The position numbers and the translations under genes were made by a program. DNA of 64,000 nt from Spirochaetia bacterium. GTDB taxonomy: Bacteria; Spirochaetota; Spirochaetia; UBA9216. Shown here piece after piece: positions 9,231 to 19,085 of this stretch (within the stretch, counting starts at the first letter, position 1; each line of letters opens with the position of its first letter). The notes beneath the pieces are model-generated. The model worked only from the letters and a program-made list of their open reading frames with translations, did not search any database and was not told the origin of the DNA. The stretch covers positions 1,024,001-1,088,000 of the forward strand of contig CAXXYH010000004.1 in assembly GCA_963677925.2 (NCBI GenBank), in the 5' to 3' direction.

Positions 9231-9375
9231 GGATTGAGCATAAAACAAACTGAAGCTCCAGTCAATCTTGCCGATTATAAAAAGGAGGGCAGGGTTTTGT
9301 CTTGAAATTACTTTAAATACCTATTATCCTGATTCTGCATGTATTTGAAGTTCCCTTTACTTTGGAGGGAGAGGA

Positions 9376-10224
9376 ATGTTTGGATTAAAAAAAGATAAAA
9401 GTCAGATTGAGGATCTTCTAAGAGAGATTCGTGCTGAATATGAGACATATATAATAAAATTTAAAAAGACTCAGCGAATTAAGCAGGAATTCGAATACCG
9501 TTACCGCGATGCTGTTGAGTACCGGATGGACCTTCTTCGTTTTCTGAATGCTGAAAGAGAGGCTCTGGCAGCTCTAGTTGCGAAAGCTGAAGCTAAAAAC
9601 CAGCCTGAGAAGACAGTGAAGAATGAAAAGTCTCCGAATCGAACTGCTGTAAATGACCGTGAAAGCCTCTCTGATATTAGCGATGACTCCGGGAAAACGG
9701 AAAAGAGCGCCGAAAAGATAAAAAGCTATGCGGACAGGATGATTGAAGAATTTGCTGCCCGCATCGACAAATATCCTGAAATTATTATTCACAGCGATGC
9801 TTCAAATGAAATGAAGAAGCTCTTCGGGGCGCTTTCCTGTATAGAGAAAGATTACTGGTCACTGGTTGACCGGATTCTGAGAAATCAGAATGGGTCAAGG
9901 CGTTTCTGGGAGTCTGTTGATATTGAACCTGAAATAAACAGGCTCTGCAGACCCGGTCTGGAGGGAATTCCCTCGGCTCTTACAACTTATTACCGTCTGC
10001 TTGAACGTCTTCCGCGCGACTACAATGAAATTGAGCGGGAAGAGAAGCGAAGTCTCCTTGCTGCAGCCTCTCTGCTTAAGAAACTGCAGGATGAAGTAAT
10101 CAGGGCCATAGACGGCGGCAAGGGGCTTGATAAGGACGCTAAGGAACTTCTTTCCGAAGCCCGCGTATATATTGACGGTATGATGGACGATTTCCGGCTT
10201 AAAGATCTTGCACGCCTCACCTGA
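9376..10224 (+). CDS. Hypothetical helical/coiled-coil protein
   Basis: 282 aa ORF with a strong purine-rich RBS (ggagggagagga). No recognisable motif. Confidence 0.75.
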   Translation: MFGLKKDKSQIEDLLREIRAEYETYIIKFKKTQRIKQEFEYRYRDAVEYRMDLLRFLNAEREALAALVAKAEAKNQPEKTVKNEKSPNRTAVNDRESLSDISDDSGKTEKSAEKIKSYADRMIEEFAARIDKYPEIIIHSDASNEMKKLFGALSCIEKDYWSLVDRILRNQNGSRRFWESVDIEPEINRLCRPGLEGIPSALTTYYRLLERLPRDYNEIEREEKRSLLAAASLLKKLQDEVIRAIDGGKGLDKDAKELLSEARVYIDGMMDDFRLKDLARLT

Positions 10225-10260
10225 GGCGCACTCACCTGAGGCGCACTCACCTGAGGCGCC
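10216..10260. repeat. Tandem 15-bp repeat x3 spanning the stop codon
   Basis: ctcacctgaggcgca x2 plus ctcacctgaggcgcc. Each unit contains the dyad CTCA-CC-TGAG and an in-frame TGA. Confidence 0.9.
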
Positions 10261-10306
10261 CTAACCTTAACTTTCAGTGAAATGCCTCATATTTGAATAC
10301 TTCTTC

Positions 10307-11341
10307 TCAGGGTGAATAGACTTCATCAGTATTTATTTCTCCGAAACTTGAACCGCTGGTAGGTGTTATATGCCAGTCAGCGGAGCTGTCCGTATCTGCA
10401 GGGGATGAACTCCTGCAGATTGATCTTGTTGCGGTTGAATCATCCGGATTTATCCCGTCTTCCGGCAGTGGGTAGTCTGCGTAGCTGCCTGTGGGTGATT
10501 TCCAGCCTTCTTCGGCATATAGCTGCAGAACTTTTTCCAGGGTAGAGCTGCTGCCGAAACCTGAATAGTCTTCATCCGATACTGCGGTTCTATTTGAATA
10601 CATCACCCCGTCCAGAAGCCTTCCGCCGTGTGATGAGTACAGGGTAATCACGCCGTTATTTCCCGACAAACCTCCCCCTCCGGGAACCCAGAAATCCCTT
10701 GCTGTTTCTGATGCATCCAGTCCTCCGGAGTCATCAACAGCTTCCAGTACTTCGTCTTTTTCTTCGGGTATGCCCTGAGGCTTAAAGTGAATTATTATGA
10801 AGTCGCCGCTATTTACTTCGCAGCTCGGGAAAACAAAATTATCATCAGGATCTTCGGGAGTTCCTTCTATAATCCACATTCCTGCGGTGTTGCCGGCAGT
10901 TCTTATGAAAAGTTCGACCATATCAGGGTGAGTTGAAGACCCCTGAGTTATAAATTCATTGATTATAACCTCAGGCAGTCTGGGATTGTAGCCGTAGAAG
11001 GGGGCAATGAAAGACATTGAGTTGCCTTTTTCATCATTGACGGATGCTTCTATGCTGTATTGCTTTCCGGGCTCCTGTTTTTCCGGAAATTCAATCAATA
11101 ATGCCGCTTCATTAACTGTATAAGAAGCCTCTCCGCAGTCAGGGCTTATCACCGGGCTGTTTCCGATTTTGATATTCTCATTGAACAGAAGTTTTATACT
11201 GTTTTCATCTTCGCTGATGAGTTCAAGCAGTTCGGGCGGGTAGAGATCTGTATCTGCAAAATTTCTCAGATCGGTCACCGGTCCGCATGAAATGATTTGA
11301 AGCATGGAAAATAAAGTAGAAAAAACAAGTCCGATTTTCAT
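10307..11341 (-). CDS. Lipoprotein with an Ig-like domain and a lamin-tail-domain (LTD)-like region
   Basis: Signal peptide with lipobox IISC. VIINEF...DMVELF and L.N.NG.ITLY are LTD-like motifs. Confidence 0.7.
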   Translation of the reverse strand: MKIGLVFSTLFSMLQIISCGPVTDLRNFADTDLYPPELLELISEDENSIKLLFNENIKIGNSPVISPDCGEASYTVNEAALLIEFPEKQEPGKQYSIEASVNDEKGNSMSFIAPFYGYNPRLPEVIINEFITQGSSTHPDMVELFIRTAGNTAGMWIIEGTPEDPDDNFVFPSCEVNSGDFIIIHFKPQGIPEEKDEVLEAVDDSGGLDASETARDFWVPGGGGLSGNNGVITLYSSHGGRLLDGVMYSNRTAVSDEDYSGFGSSSTLEKVLQLYAEEGWKSPTGSYADYPLPEDGINPDDSTATRSICRSSSPADTDSSADWHITPTSGSSFGEINTDEVYSP

Positions 11342-11455
11342 TTATTTGTACTCCCTGTAATTAATTAAATGAAATAATTTCATGCAGCTTCATGTTTGCA
11401 TTCAATTTGTTTTGCGATATACTTGGAGTAATTATTTTTGTAAAAGAGGCTTTTT

Positions 11456-13279
11456 ATGTGCGGAATAGTTGGATACTGCGGAGACAGGGATGCTGCGGGA
11501 ATTCTTGTGGAGGGATTGCGGCGGCTGGAATACAGGGGTTATGATTCAGCGGGAATCAGTGTTGGAAACAACGGAAAACTGACTGTTATTAAAAGGAAAG
11601 GAAAGATCAGTAATCTTCAGGAGATCCTTCCAGCTTCAGTACCCGGAAACTTCGGTATCGGTCATACCCGGTGGGCTACCCACGGCGAGGTTAATGATAC
11701 AAATGCTCATCCGCACTCCAATACAGCAGGTGATATTACAATTGTTCATAATGGAATTATTGAAAATTATATAAGTCTGAGAAATAAACTCGCTGCAGAA
11801 GGTGTTGTATTTAAGACCGAGACCGATTCAGAAGTAATTGCTCATCTGGTAAGTAAATACTATGAGGGCGATCTTGAGAAAGCTGTTAAGACATGCCTTA
11901 AATTTCTTAAAGGAACTTACGGTATTGTAGCAATTCATGCAGATGAACCCGGCCGGCTTATTGGTGCCAGAAACGGTTCTCCACTGGTTTTGGGAATCGG
12001 TGAAGGCGAGATGTTCCTTGCTTCAGATGTAACAGCCATGATGGCATATACCAAGCAGGTTGTTTACATGGAAGACGGTGATGTTGTCGTTGTAGATAAG
12101 AGCGGTTTCAGGACTACTGATATCCGTGATAATGAGAGAGATAAGCAGGTTAGTACTGTAGGCTGGGATGTCGGTGAAATCGAAAAAGACGGTTTTCCTA
12201 CATTCATGGAGAAGGAGATCTTTGAGCAGCCGGAGTCTATCCTGCGCGGTATGAAGGGCCGTCTGGATCAGGACCAGGGTACCGCAAAGCTTGGCGGTCT
12301 GAATCTTTCCACCAAAGAGCTTCGCGTTGTAAACAGGGTAATAATTCTCGCTGCGGGAACCTCTTATTACGCATCAATGGTTTGTGCCCACCTGCTTGAG
12401 AAGATTGCGAGAATTCCCGCCAGCGCCGAACTGAGTTCTGAAATCAGGTATAAGAATCCTATCGTTGAACCGGGAACTCTTTATTTTGTGGTATCGCAGT
12501 CCGGTGAAACTGCCGACTCTCTTTACGCAATGCGTGAGCTTCAGAGAAAGGGTGCTACAGTTCTTGGTATTTGTAATGTTGTAGGCTCAACAATACCGAG
12601 AGAATCTGACGGCGGTGTTTACATTCACAGCGGTCCCGAAATTGCGGTAGCCTCAACCAAGGCCTTTACTTCCCAGATGACCGCAATGTACATGTTCTCA
12701 CTTATAATGGCCAGAATGCGCGATATGTCCCTTGAGGACGGGCAGAAGATTGTAAAGGCCATGTCTTTGGTGCCGGAGCAGATTAATAAGATTTTTGAAC
12801 AGCGCGAAGATATTAAAAAAATTGCTGAAAAATATGCTGACTGCACGTCATTTTTCTTCCTCGGCCGCGGGCTTACTTACCCGATTGCACTTGAAGGAGC
12901 TTTAAAGCTCAAAGAGATATCATATATCCATGCTGAAGGTTATTCTGCCGGAGAGCTCAAGCATGGTCCTATAGCCCTGATAAATGAGGTTACCCCAAGT
13001 GTATTCCTTGTTCCCGATGATCAGCTGAGGGAAAAGGTTATCTCTAATATCAAGGAAGTGAAGGCCAGAAAGGGACCGGTAATTGCAGTAGCGGTTGAAG
13101 GTGATACGGAAGTTGCCGAGATTGTTGATGATGTCATATATGTACCCAAGGCTCATGAACTGATGTATCCGTATCTGATGGTTGTACCACTGCAGCTGTA
13201 CGCATACTTTACGGCTTTAAAGCTTGAAAGAAACGTGGACCAGCCTAGAAACCTCGCAAAATCGGTAACGGTGGAGTAG
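11456..13279 (+). CDS. glmS: Glutamine--fructose-6-phosphate aminotransferase (isomerizing)
   Basis: MCGIVG, LEYRGYDSAG, GHTRWATHG, SQSGETAD, ASTKAF and C-terminal PRNLAKSVTVE. Confidence 0.99.
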   Translation: MCGIVGYCGDRDAAGILVEGLRRLEYRGYDSAGISVGNNGKLTVIKRKGKISNLQEILPASVPGNFGIGHTRWATHGEVNDTNAHPHSNTAGDITIVHNGIIENYISLRNKLAAEGVVFKTETDSEVIAHLVSKYYEGDLEKAVKTCLKFLKGTYGIVAIHADEPGRLIGARNGSPLVLGIGEGEMFLASDVTAMMAYTKQVVYMEDGDVVVVDKSGFRTTDIRDNERDKQVSTVGWDVGEIEKDGFPTFMEKEIFEQPESILRGMKGRLDQDQGTAKLGGLNLSTKELRVVNRVIILAAGTSYYASMVCAHLLEKIARIPASAELSSEIRYKNPIVEPGTLYFVVSQSGETADSLYAMRELQRKGATVLGICNVVGSTIPRESDGGVYIHSGPEIAVASTKAFTSQMTAMYMFSLIMARMRDMSLEDGQKIVKAMSLVPEQINKIFEQREDIKKIAEKYADCTSFFFLGRGLTYPIALEGALKLKEISYIHAEGYSAGELKHGPIALINEVTPSVFLVPDDQLREKVISNIKEVKARKGPVIAVAVEGDTEVAEIVDDVIYVPKAHELMYPYLMVVPLQLYAYFTALKLERNVDQPRNLAKSVTVE

Positions 13280-13302
13280 GTTTCCTGTAACAAATAATTC
13301 AG

Positions 13303-13341
13303 AGAAACTGATTCCCATGGACTGGAATCAGTTTCTTTTTT
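13303..13341 (+). terminator. Intrinsic terminator after glmS
   Basis: Stem agaaactgattcc / ggaatcagtttct, followed by a T-run. Confidence 0.85.
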
Positions 13342-13343
13342 GA

Positions 13344-13560
13344 TTATTCCCAAACATCCAGCTTCCGGTTCTTGTAATAATACATACGATCTTTTTCCCC
13401 TATTTCAGCGAATACTTCCTGTAAAAGTTTTTGTCTTTTTTCAATTTCTGTAGGCAAAGTCAGATTGTATTCAATCATCTTATTTTGGTATATATGCTGA
13501 TCTCCCAATAATTCAGGGTCATCGTATCGGTAAGGTAATCCTTCTTTTTTTATTATCCAT
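13344..13560 (-). pseudogene. Decayed maltose/galactoside O-acetyltransferase (Maa/LacA-like): frameshift plus large internal deletion
   Basis: GGAGG RBS and ATG 13560 (MDNKK), out of frame at an A7 run. The N-terminal Mac domain (GLPY..DDPEL...YN.T.P.E.EKRQKLL...FAEIGE) is fused directly to the C-terminal tail (KDRMYYYKNRKLD). The hexapeptide-repeat core is missing. Confidence 0.75.
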
Positions 13561-13636
13561 GGAAAAACCTCCATAAAGTGATTCTTTCCTTATTATTCAG
13601 CATAAAATTATAAAAAATTGAAAAAAAACTGGCCAT

Positions 13637-13653
13637 AACACAATTTCATCACA
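13637..13653 (+). promoter_or_regulatory. Possible OmpR-family direct-repeat binding site
   Basis: aaCACAatttcatCACA: CACA repeated at 11-bp spacing, upstream of an operon ending in an OmpR/HAMP two-component system. Confidence 0.3.
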
Positions 13654-13697
13654 TTTGGTTCTTATCTTCAAGTAGATATTCATACTGGAGGATACAT

Positions 13698-14948
13698 ATG
13701 AATGATACAAAGAATCAGATCATGATTTTAAGATTACCGCTGATTGCAGCAGCGCTTTTTTTGTTTGTTCTGTCCAATGTTGTTGGAGCCGGAACAATTG
13801 AGGAAGGTGATGCGTCAGTAACTGCAGAAGCAGTAAAAGCGGTGGAAACAGTGGAAGCGGTGGAAACAACTTTGACTCCAAGACAGCAGAGCGTCATCAC
13901 TATTTCAGCCTTCACAGCCAATGGTGACGGTGAAAATCTGAAAAAGGCCATAAATGACGGCTTGGACAATGGACTGACTGTAAATGAAATTGGAGAAGTT
14001 ATGCTTCAGCTCTATGCCTATGCGGGATTTCCAAGAAGCCTTAACGGTACTTCCATGCTGGCTGCGGTGCTTGAAGAAAGACAGGCCGAGGGAAAGATTT
14101 CTCCGCAGGGGATGGAACCTGATTTCTTGGATGAAGGTATTGATAAATACTCGCTTGGTGTAACAAACCTTGGCAGGCTGATGGGCTTTCCTTATAAACA
14201 GGAAAAAGCAGAGACAAACGGTTATAACGATGCAATGGACGCATTTCTGAAAGAACATCTGTTCGCCGATATTTTTGGTCGTAATAACCTGCCTTTTGAC
14301 ATAAGGGAACTTGCCACAGTATCAGCTCTAGCCAGCCTGGAAGGAACCAATTCGCAGATGCTATTTCATATGAGCGCAGCCATGACTGTAGGTTTTACAG
14401 AAGAGCAGATGCGGGATTTCGTAGAAGTTATCAAAGCAGAAATAGGTGAAGAGATGGGTCAGAACGCATCAGCGGTTCTTACTCAGGTTCTGGAACGTCG
14501 TGCCGGAATGGCCGGAGGCGCGCCGCCTGCTCAGGAAGGTTATTCCTATATTCCTGAAGTGTTTCCAAGAGGTCAGAAAAGCGATAATCCGCAGATTTTT
14601 ACAGGAGACAGCTGGGTAGCACCCCTTGTTCCCTTTGATGATGCAGGTGGTGTTCCGGCTGTAAATGTTACTTTTGCACCGGATGCCAGAACAACCTGGC
14701 ATGCCCACAGTTATCAGCAGGTTCTGTTTATAACAATGGGTCAGGGCTTCTATCAGGAGAAAGGTGAGGAGCCAAGAAAGCTTAAAGCCGGTGATACGGT
14801 AATTATTCCTGCAGGCGTGGAGCACTGGCACGGTTCAGCTCCTGGTGAATGGTTTGCTCACATCGCTCTTCTGGTAAGGGTTGAAAGCGATGCGGAAGAT
14901 CTTTGGCTTGACCCTGTCGATGATGAATATTTTTCTGGATTGAATTAG
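13698..14948 (+). CDS. Exported carboxymuconolactone-decarboxylase-like (2x CMD) and cupin fusion protein
   Basis: N-terminal hydrophobic signal. QLYAYAGFPRSLNG, FLKEHLFADIFGR and RELATVSALA (CMD). NVTFAPDARTTWHAH...IPAGVEHWHG (cupin). Confidence 0.85.
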   Translation: MNDTKNQIMILRLPLIAAALFLFVLSNVVGAGTIEEGDASVTAEAVKAVETVEAVETTLTPRQQSVITISAFTANGDGENLKKAINDGLDNGLTVNEIGEVMLQLYAYAGFPRSLNGTSMLAAVLEERQAEGKISPQGMEPDFLDEGIDKYSLGVTNLGRLMGFPYKQEKAETNGYNDAMDAFLKEHLFADIFGRNNLPFDIRELATVSALASLEGTNSQMLFHMSAAMTVGFTEEQMRDFVEVIKAEIGEEMGQNASAVLTQVLERRAGMAGGAPPAQEGYSYIPEVFPRGQKSDNPQIFTGDSWVAPLVPFDDAGGVPAVNVTFAPDARTTWHAHSYQQVLFITMGQGFYQEKGEEPRKLKAGDTVIIPAGVEHWHGSAPGEWFAHIALLVRVESDAEDLWLDPVDDEYFSGLN

Positions 14949-14957
14949 GAGGCTATT

Positions 14958-16022
14958 ATGAAGAAAAGAATTTTATGGATTTTATCATTATCAATAATCG
15001 GATTGATTATAGCCGGCTGCAGTACGCAGTCAGGTACGGTAAGTGATACGGATGTTCCGGAAAAACCGGTTTATCTCACTTACGAACTAAGAGACACAGT
15101 AATTATGGAGCCTGTTTATTACGAAAACCGTTATGGCATCACCCTGGCCGGGCATATGTTTATTTCCAAAGACCTGGATAAGGATGCTGAAAATCCTGCC
15201 CTTTTAATCGGCACTCCCTATGGAGGAGTCAAGGAACAGGGAGCCGGTATCTATGCAATGAATATGGCTGAACGTGGTTTTGTCGCTATAGCCTTCGACG
15301 AGTCATTTAACGGCGAAAGCGGCGGTGAACCGGGAGATGTTTCGTCTCCGGACTTCTTTGTTGAGGATTTCAGTGCAGGTGTAGACTTTCTGGGTTCCCT
15401 TCCCTTTGTAGACAGGGATAGAATTGGGGCGATTGGTATCTGCGGAAGCGGCGGTTTCGCTCTGACTGCAGCCCAGGTAGACTACAGAATTAAAGCTGTA
15501 GCTACAGCCAGCATGTACGATATCAGCGCTATGACCCGTTACGGACTCGGAAATTATATGACCGATGAAATGCGCGAGCAGCAGCTGATTCAGATTGGCG
15601 AGCAGCGCTGGACTGACTTTGAAAATGGAACACCGGCCCTCCCTCAAGGCGGTTGGCCGACAGAAGGACCCGCTCCGGGCGTTCCCGAGGGACTTCCGCC
15701 TGCTTTTGCCGAGTTCTTTGAATATTATGGAATGGAGAGAGGCTGGCATCCCAATACTATACCTAACTTCACTCTTACAAGTGCCATGTCTTTTATGAAC
15801 TTCCCTCTTATGAGTTATATCGAAGACATTTCACCGAGACCGATTCTCTTTATAATGGGAGAAAACGCCCACTCACGCTACTTCACTGAAGAGGCTTTTG
15901 AAAGAGCCGGTGAGGCTAAAGAGCTTGTTATAATTCCGGGAGCCAGACATATTGATCTTTATGACAGAGAAGATATGATTCCGTTTGATAAGCTTGAAAC
16001 TTTCTTTGCTGAGAATCTATAA
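14958..16022 (+). CDS. Alpha/beta hydrolase lipoprotein (YcjY/PA2218-like)
   Basis: Lipobox IAGC. P.GGVKEQ, GESGGEP, nucleophile elbow GICGSG, ISPRPIL and GARHIDLYD motifs. Confidence 0.85.
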   Translation: MKKRILWILSLSIIGLIIAGCSTQSGTVSDTDVPEKPVYLTYELRDTVIMEPVYYENRYGITLAGHMFISKDLDKDAENPALLIGTPYGGVKEQGAGIYAMNMAERGFVAIAFDESFNGESGGEPGDVSSPDFFVEDFSAGVDFLGSLPFVDRDRIGAIGICGSGGFALTAAQVDYRIKAVATASMYDISAMTRYGLGNYMTDEMREQQLIQIGEQRWTDFENGTPALPQGGWPTEGPAPGVPEGLPPAFAEFFEYYGMERGWHPNTIPNFTLTSAMSFMNFPLMSYIEDISPRPILFIMGENAHSRYFTEEAFERAGEAKELVIIPGARHIDLYDREDMIPFDKLETFFAENL

Positions 16023-16029
16023 TATAATT

Positions 16030-16057
16030 GTATTCCGGGGATTTCCCCCCGGAATAC
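16030..16057 (+). other. Intergenic stem-loop (mRNA stabiliser or partial terminator)
   Basis: gtattccgggg / ccccggaatac, no long U-tract. Confidence 0.6.
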
Positions 16058-16070
16058 TTATAGAGAAATT

Positions 16071-16745
16071 ATGATTCGAATACTTATTGTCGACGATGAT
16101 ATGCATTTACGCAGACTTGTTAATACCTACGGGACTCTTGAGGGTTTTATATGCGGGGAAGCCGCTGATGGAAGAGAGGCTTTAGAAAAAATAGCAGGTG
16201 AAGACTACGATATAATTGTGCTTGATGTTCTTATGCCCGGACCTGACGGCTTTGAGACCCTCGGAGAGATTAGAAAGCTGAGTCAGACTCCGGTGATTAT
16301 GCTGACCAGCCGAAGTGAAGAGTATGATAAGCTGAAAGGTTTTAAACTCGGTGCTGACGATTATATCTGCAAGCCGTTCAGTCCGAATGAACTTATTGCA
16401 CGTATAAAGGCTGTCCTTAAACGAAGCAGTTCTTCGGGGGTAGAATTTCTGAAATTCGGTGAATTGACACTTTCACCTGAAACCCGGGATGTTACGCTCG
16501 CAGGAGCATCACTTACTCTGTCGCCAAAAGAATTCGACCTTCTTCATTATCTGGTTAGAAATGAAAAGCTGGTACTCAGCCGGGATCAGCTTTTAGATAA
16601 AGTGTGGGGATATGATTTTTATGGTGATGCCAGAACAATCGATACCCATGTTAAATCTCTAAGAGAGCATCTTGGCGCATACAGGAAGTATATAAAAACT
16701 GTGTGGGGAATAGGATATAAATTTGAATATAAAGAAAATGAGTAG
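16071..16745 (+). CDS. OmpR-family response regulator
   Basis: ILIVDDD, LDVLMP, GADDYICKPF and winged helix RTIDTHVKSLR...TVWGIGY. Confidence 0.95.
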   Translation: MIRILIVDDDMHLRRLVNTYGTLEGFICGEAADGREALEKIAGEDYDIIVLDVLMPGPDGFETLGEIRKLSQTPVIMLTSRSEEYDKLKGFKLGADDYICKPFSPNELIARIKAVLKRSSSSGVEFLKFGELTLSPETRDVTLAGASLTLSPKEFDLLHYLVRNEKLVLSRDQLLDKVWGYDFYGDARTIDTHVKSLREHLGAYRKYIKTVWGIGYKFEYKENE

Positions 16746-18180
16746 ATTAAACCTTTTCAGTTCGAGAATCACCTTTCGATTGTGGCTGATTATGATGATT
16801 CTCGTTGTATTCAGTGTTGCTTTTATGTGGGGGATCCAGATCTTTCTGCTGGAACGTAATTATATAAATTCGACTGCAGCAGAAATTCAGAATGAACTGG
16901 AGCCTGGCATCAGGAAAATCGAGGAAGATTCCGGCTCAATTGATGAGTCTCAGTTGGTTTCGCTTAGCAGGTTGACTAACGGGAAAATGCTGGTTTTAGA
17001 GGATGATGGAGATCTTCTATATCTGTACAGTGCCGGGCATAAATTGGGAGAAGACTCCCTTAAATCAATTGAGCCTTTGCTGGATTACTTTCTCAACAGC
17101 AGCGGTTTCGAGATGCTGAAAGAAGGTAGCGCATTTGAGAAAGTGCTGCGTTATGAAGCTGAAACAATTGCTCTGGAAATTGGTATTCCTATCACCCATG
17201 CCGATCGAAAAGCCTACATTGTCTTATATGAGACTCTTGACCAGCTTCAGACTGTTCTGGATATGAACAGAATCCAGCTGATACGATTATCCATAATATT
17301 GACTGTGATATCTGCCGTTATTGCAGCCCTGCTGTCGACTTATTTTGTGAAGCCTATCCGAATACTGAAGAAAACAGTGGATCGTCTGGCCAAAGGTGAG
17401 CTTGATGCAACACCCGGACTTAAATTAAAGGATGAGCTGGGGGATCTGTCTGATTCAGTTGAAGAACTGAGCAAGGCACTTCAGCGGGTTGATTTGCTGC
17501 GTAAAGAGGTAATAGCCAATGTGTCTCATGAGCTTCAATCACCGCTTGCCCTGATTTCGGGATATGCCGAAATGGTGCGCGATATAAGCTGGCGGTTTGA
17601 AGACGCACGAAACGGGGATCTGAACCTTATTGTGAAAGAAGCAGGAAGAATGAGTGAGATGGTAAGCGATATCCTTGATTATTCGCAGCTTCAGGCCGGA
17701 TATATAAAACTCAAGCGTGACTGGTATAACCTTTGTGAGATTGTTGAGGCGGAAAGGGATCACTGTGCACCCGCTGCTGCGGAATTCGGAATCACTATCC
17801 GTATTGAAAGCCCGGCTGAAAACATACCTTTTTTTGCGGATCCGGTTAAAATGTGTCAGGTTATGCGTAATCTGCTGAATAATGCGATAAATCATACAAA
17901 AGACGATCAGGATATCATAATCAGAATACTTGAGGATGAAAATTTGATACGGGTGTCGGTAATAAATTCCGGCGATCCAATTCCGGTGGAAGACCGGGAG
18001 ATTATATGGGAGAAATATCAGCGGAGCCAGCATCAGGGCAGACGGAAAAGAGGCACGGGAATCGGGCTTTCCATTGTAAGTACCTTCCTGAATGCCCATG
18101 GAATGGCTTACGGTGTTGAGTGTTCTGAAGGGATGACGGAATTCTGGTTTGAATGGAATAAGGAAAAAGATTCTTTATAA
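16738..18180 (+). CDS. HAMP-domain sensor histidine kinase
   Basis: Two TM segments, HAMP (DELGDL), H-box SHELQSPL, N-box NLLNNAI and GTGIGL. ATG overlaps the end of the RR gene. Confidence 0.93.
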   Translation: MSRLNLFSSRITFRLWLIMMILVVFSVAFMWGIQIFLLERNYINSTAAEIQNELEPGIRKIEEDSGSIDESQLVSLSRLTNGKMLVLEDDGDLLYLYSAGHKLGEDSLKSIEPLLDYFLNSSGFEMLKEGSAFEKVLRYEAETIALEIGIPITHADRKAYIVLYETLDQLQTVLDMNRIQLIRLSIILTVISAVIAALLSTYFVKPIRILKKTVDRLAKGELDATPGLKLKDELGDLSDSVEELSKALQRVDLLRKEVIANVSHELQSPLALISGYAEMVRDISWRFEDARNGDLNLIVKEAGRMSEMVSDILDYSQLQAGYIKLKRDWYNLCEIVEAERDHCAPAAAEFGITIRIESPAENIPFFADPVKMCQVMRNLLNNAINHTKDDQDIIIRILEDENLIRVSVINSGDPIPVEDREIIWEKYQRSQHQGRRKRGTGIGLSIVSTFLNAHGMAYGVECSEGMTEFWFEWNKEKDSL

Positions 18181-18185
18181 TTCCA

Positions 18186-19085
18186 TTATTGCTGCTTCCT
18201 GCCTAAAGAGTTCGCTGTAAAGATTCCGAATATTATGAGAACTGCACTGAATAAGTGAATAATGGTAATTGATTCTTTTAGTACAAAAAATGCAAGCAGG
18301 CCTGAAAAAAGCGGAAGAGTGTAGTAAATCATTCCGGATTTGGCCGGCCCGATAATTTCTATCGATTTACTCCATAAAATAAATGCGATCAGGGATGCGA
18401 ATATACCAACATACAGAATGGAAAGCACTGTAGCAGCGTCAAAAGATGTAGGAGGTGAGGTGACTGTCTTCCATATATAAAATGGTGACAGGAAAATCAG
18501 ACCTGTAATGAAGGTTGCCATTTGTAGAGAGAAAACGCTGAGTCCCTTCGGCTTGCGCTTCAGTAAAATACTGTATGCTGCGAATGTAAACGCTGCGATC
18601 AGCATCCAGAGATCGCCTATTGCAAATGAGATATTTGTCAGTCTTGAGATATCACCTTGTGTAACAAGAAGCACGATTCCATTGATGACAATAATGATTC
18701 CAATCAATTTATTAACGGTGATGGATTCTTTAAAGAATATCCGGGAAAGAATTACTATGAAGATCGGATTAGTGATAGAGATGAGCGACAGGTTTAAAGC
18801 TGTAGTTGTACGGCCTGCAAAATAGATGAGTGTATTAAATATTGTAATGCCTAGGATTGATGTGATTATAATATAGGGTATATTTTTCTTCAGGATATTG
18901 CGTTCGGCAATCATGGGTTTCAGGCCAAGCGGAAGGAAGAATAATACGGCTGTTGCCCATCTCCAGAATGCAAGTTCCAGGGGATGGATGCTGTCGCTGA
19001 GTCCGCGTGCAATTATAAAATTGCCTGACCATATTACAGTTGCTCCGACGGCGAATAGATAACCTTTCGCATTTGTTTTATCCAT
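18186..19085 (-). CDS. DMT/EamA family transporter
   Basis: About 10 TM segments. IWSGNF and LAFWRW motifs, duplicated EamA halves. Confidence 0.9.
   Translation of the reverse strand: MDKTNAKGYLFAVGATVIWSGNFIIARGLSDSIHPLELAFWRWATAVLFFLPLGLKPMIAERNILKKNIPYIIITSILGITIFNTLIYFAGRTTTALNLSLISITNPIFIVILSRIFFKESITVNKLIGIIIVINGIVLLVTQGDISRLTNISFAIGDLWMLIAAFTFAAYSILLKRKPKGLSVFSLQMATFITGLIFLSPFYIWKTVTSPPTSFDAATVLSILYVGIFASLIAFILWSKSIEIIGPAKSGMIYYTLPLFSGLLAFFVLKESITIIHLFSAVLIIFGIFTANSLGRKQQ

Noticed and set aside
10216-10260. Mini CRISPR array
   Set aside because: The 15-bp units are directly adjacent with no spacers, and there are no cas genes.
11342-11455. glmS ribozyme
   Set aside because: The divergent spacer is only 114 bp and AT-rich, with a promoter-like TTGCAT-N16-TATACT close to the ATG. 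There is no room and no conserved ribozyme core.
13839-13868. Short coding repeat (AVETVEAVET) in the CMD protein linker
   Set aside because: Under two copies of an 18-mer in a flexible linker. Probably neutral slippage.
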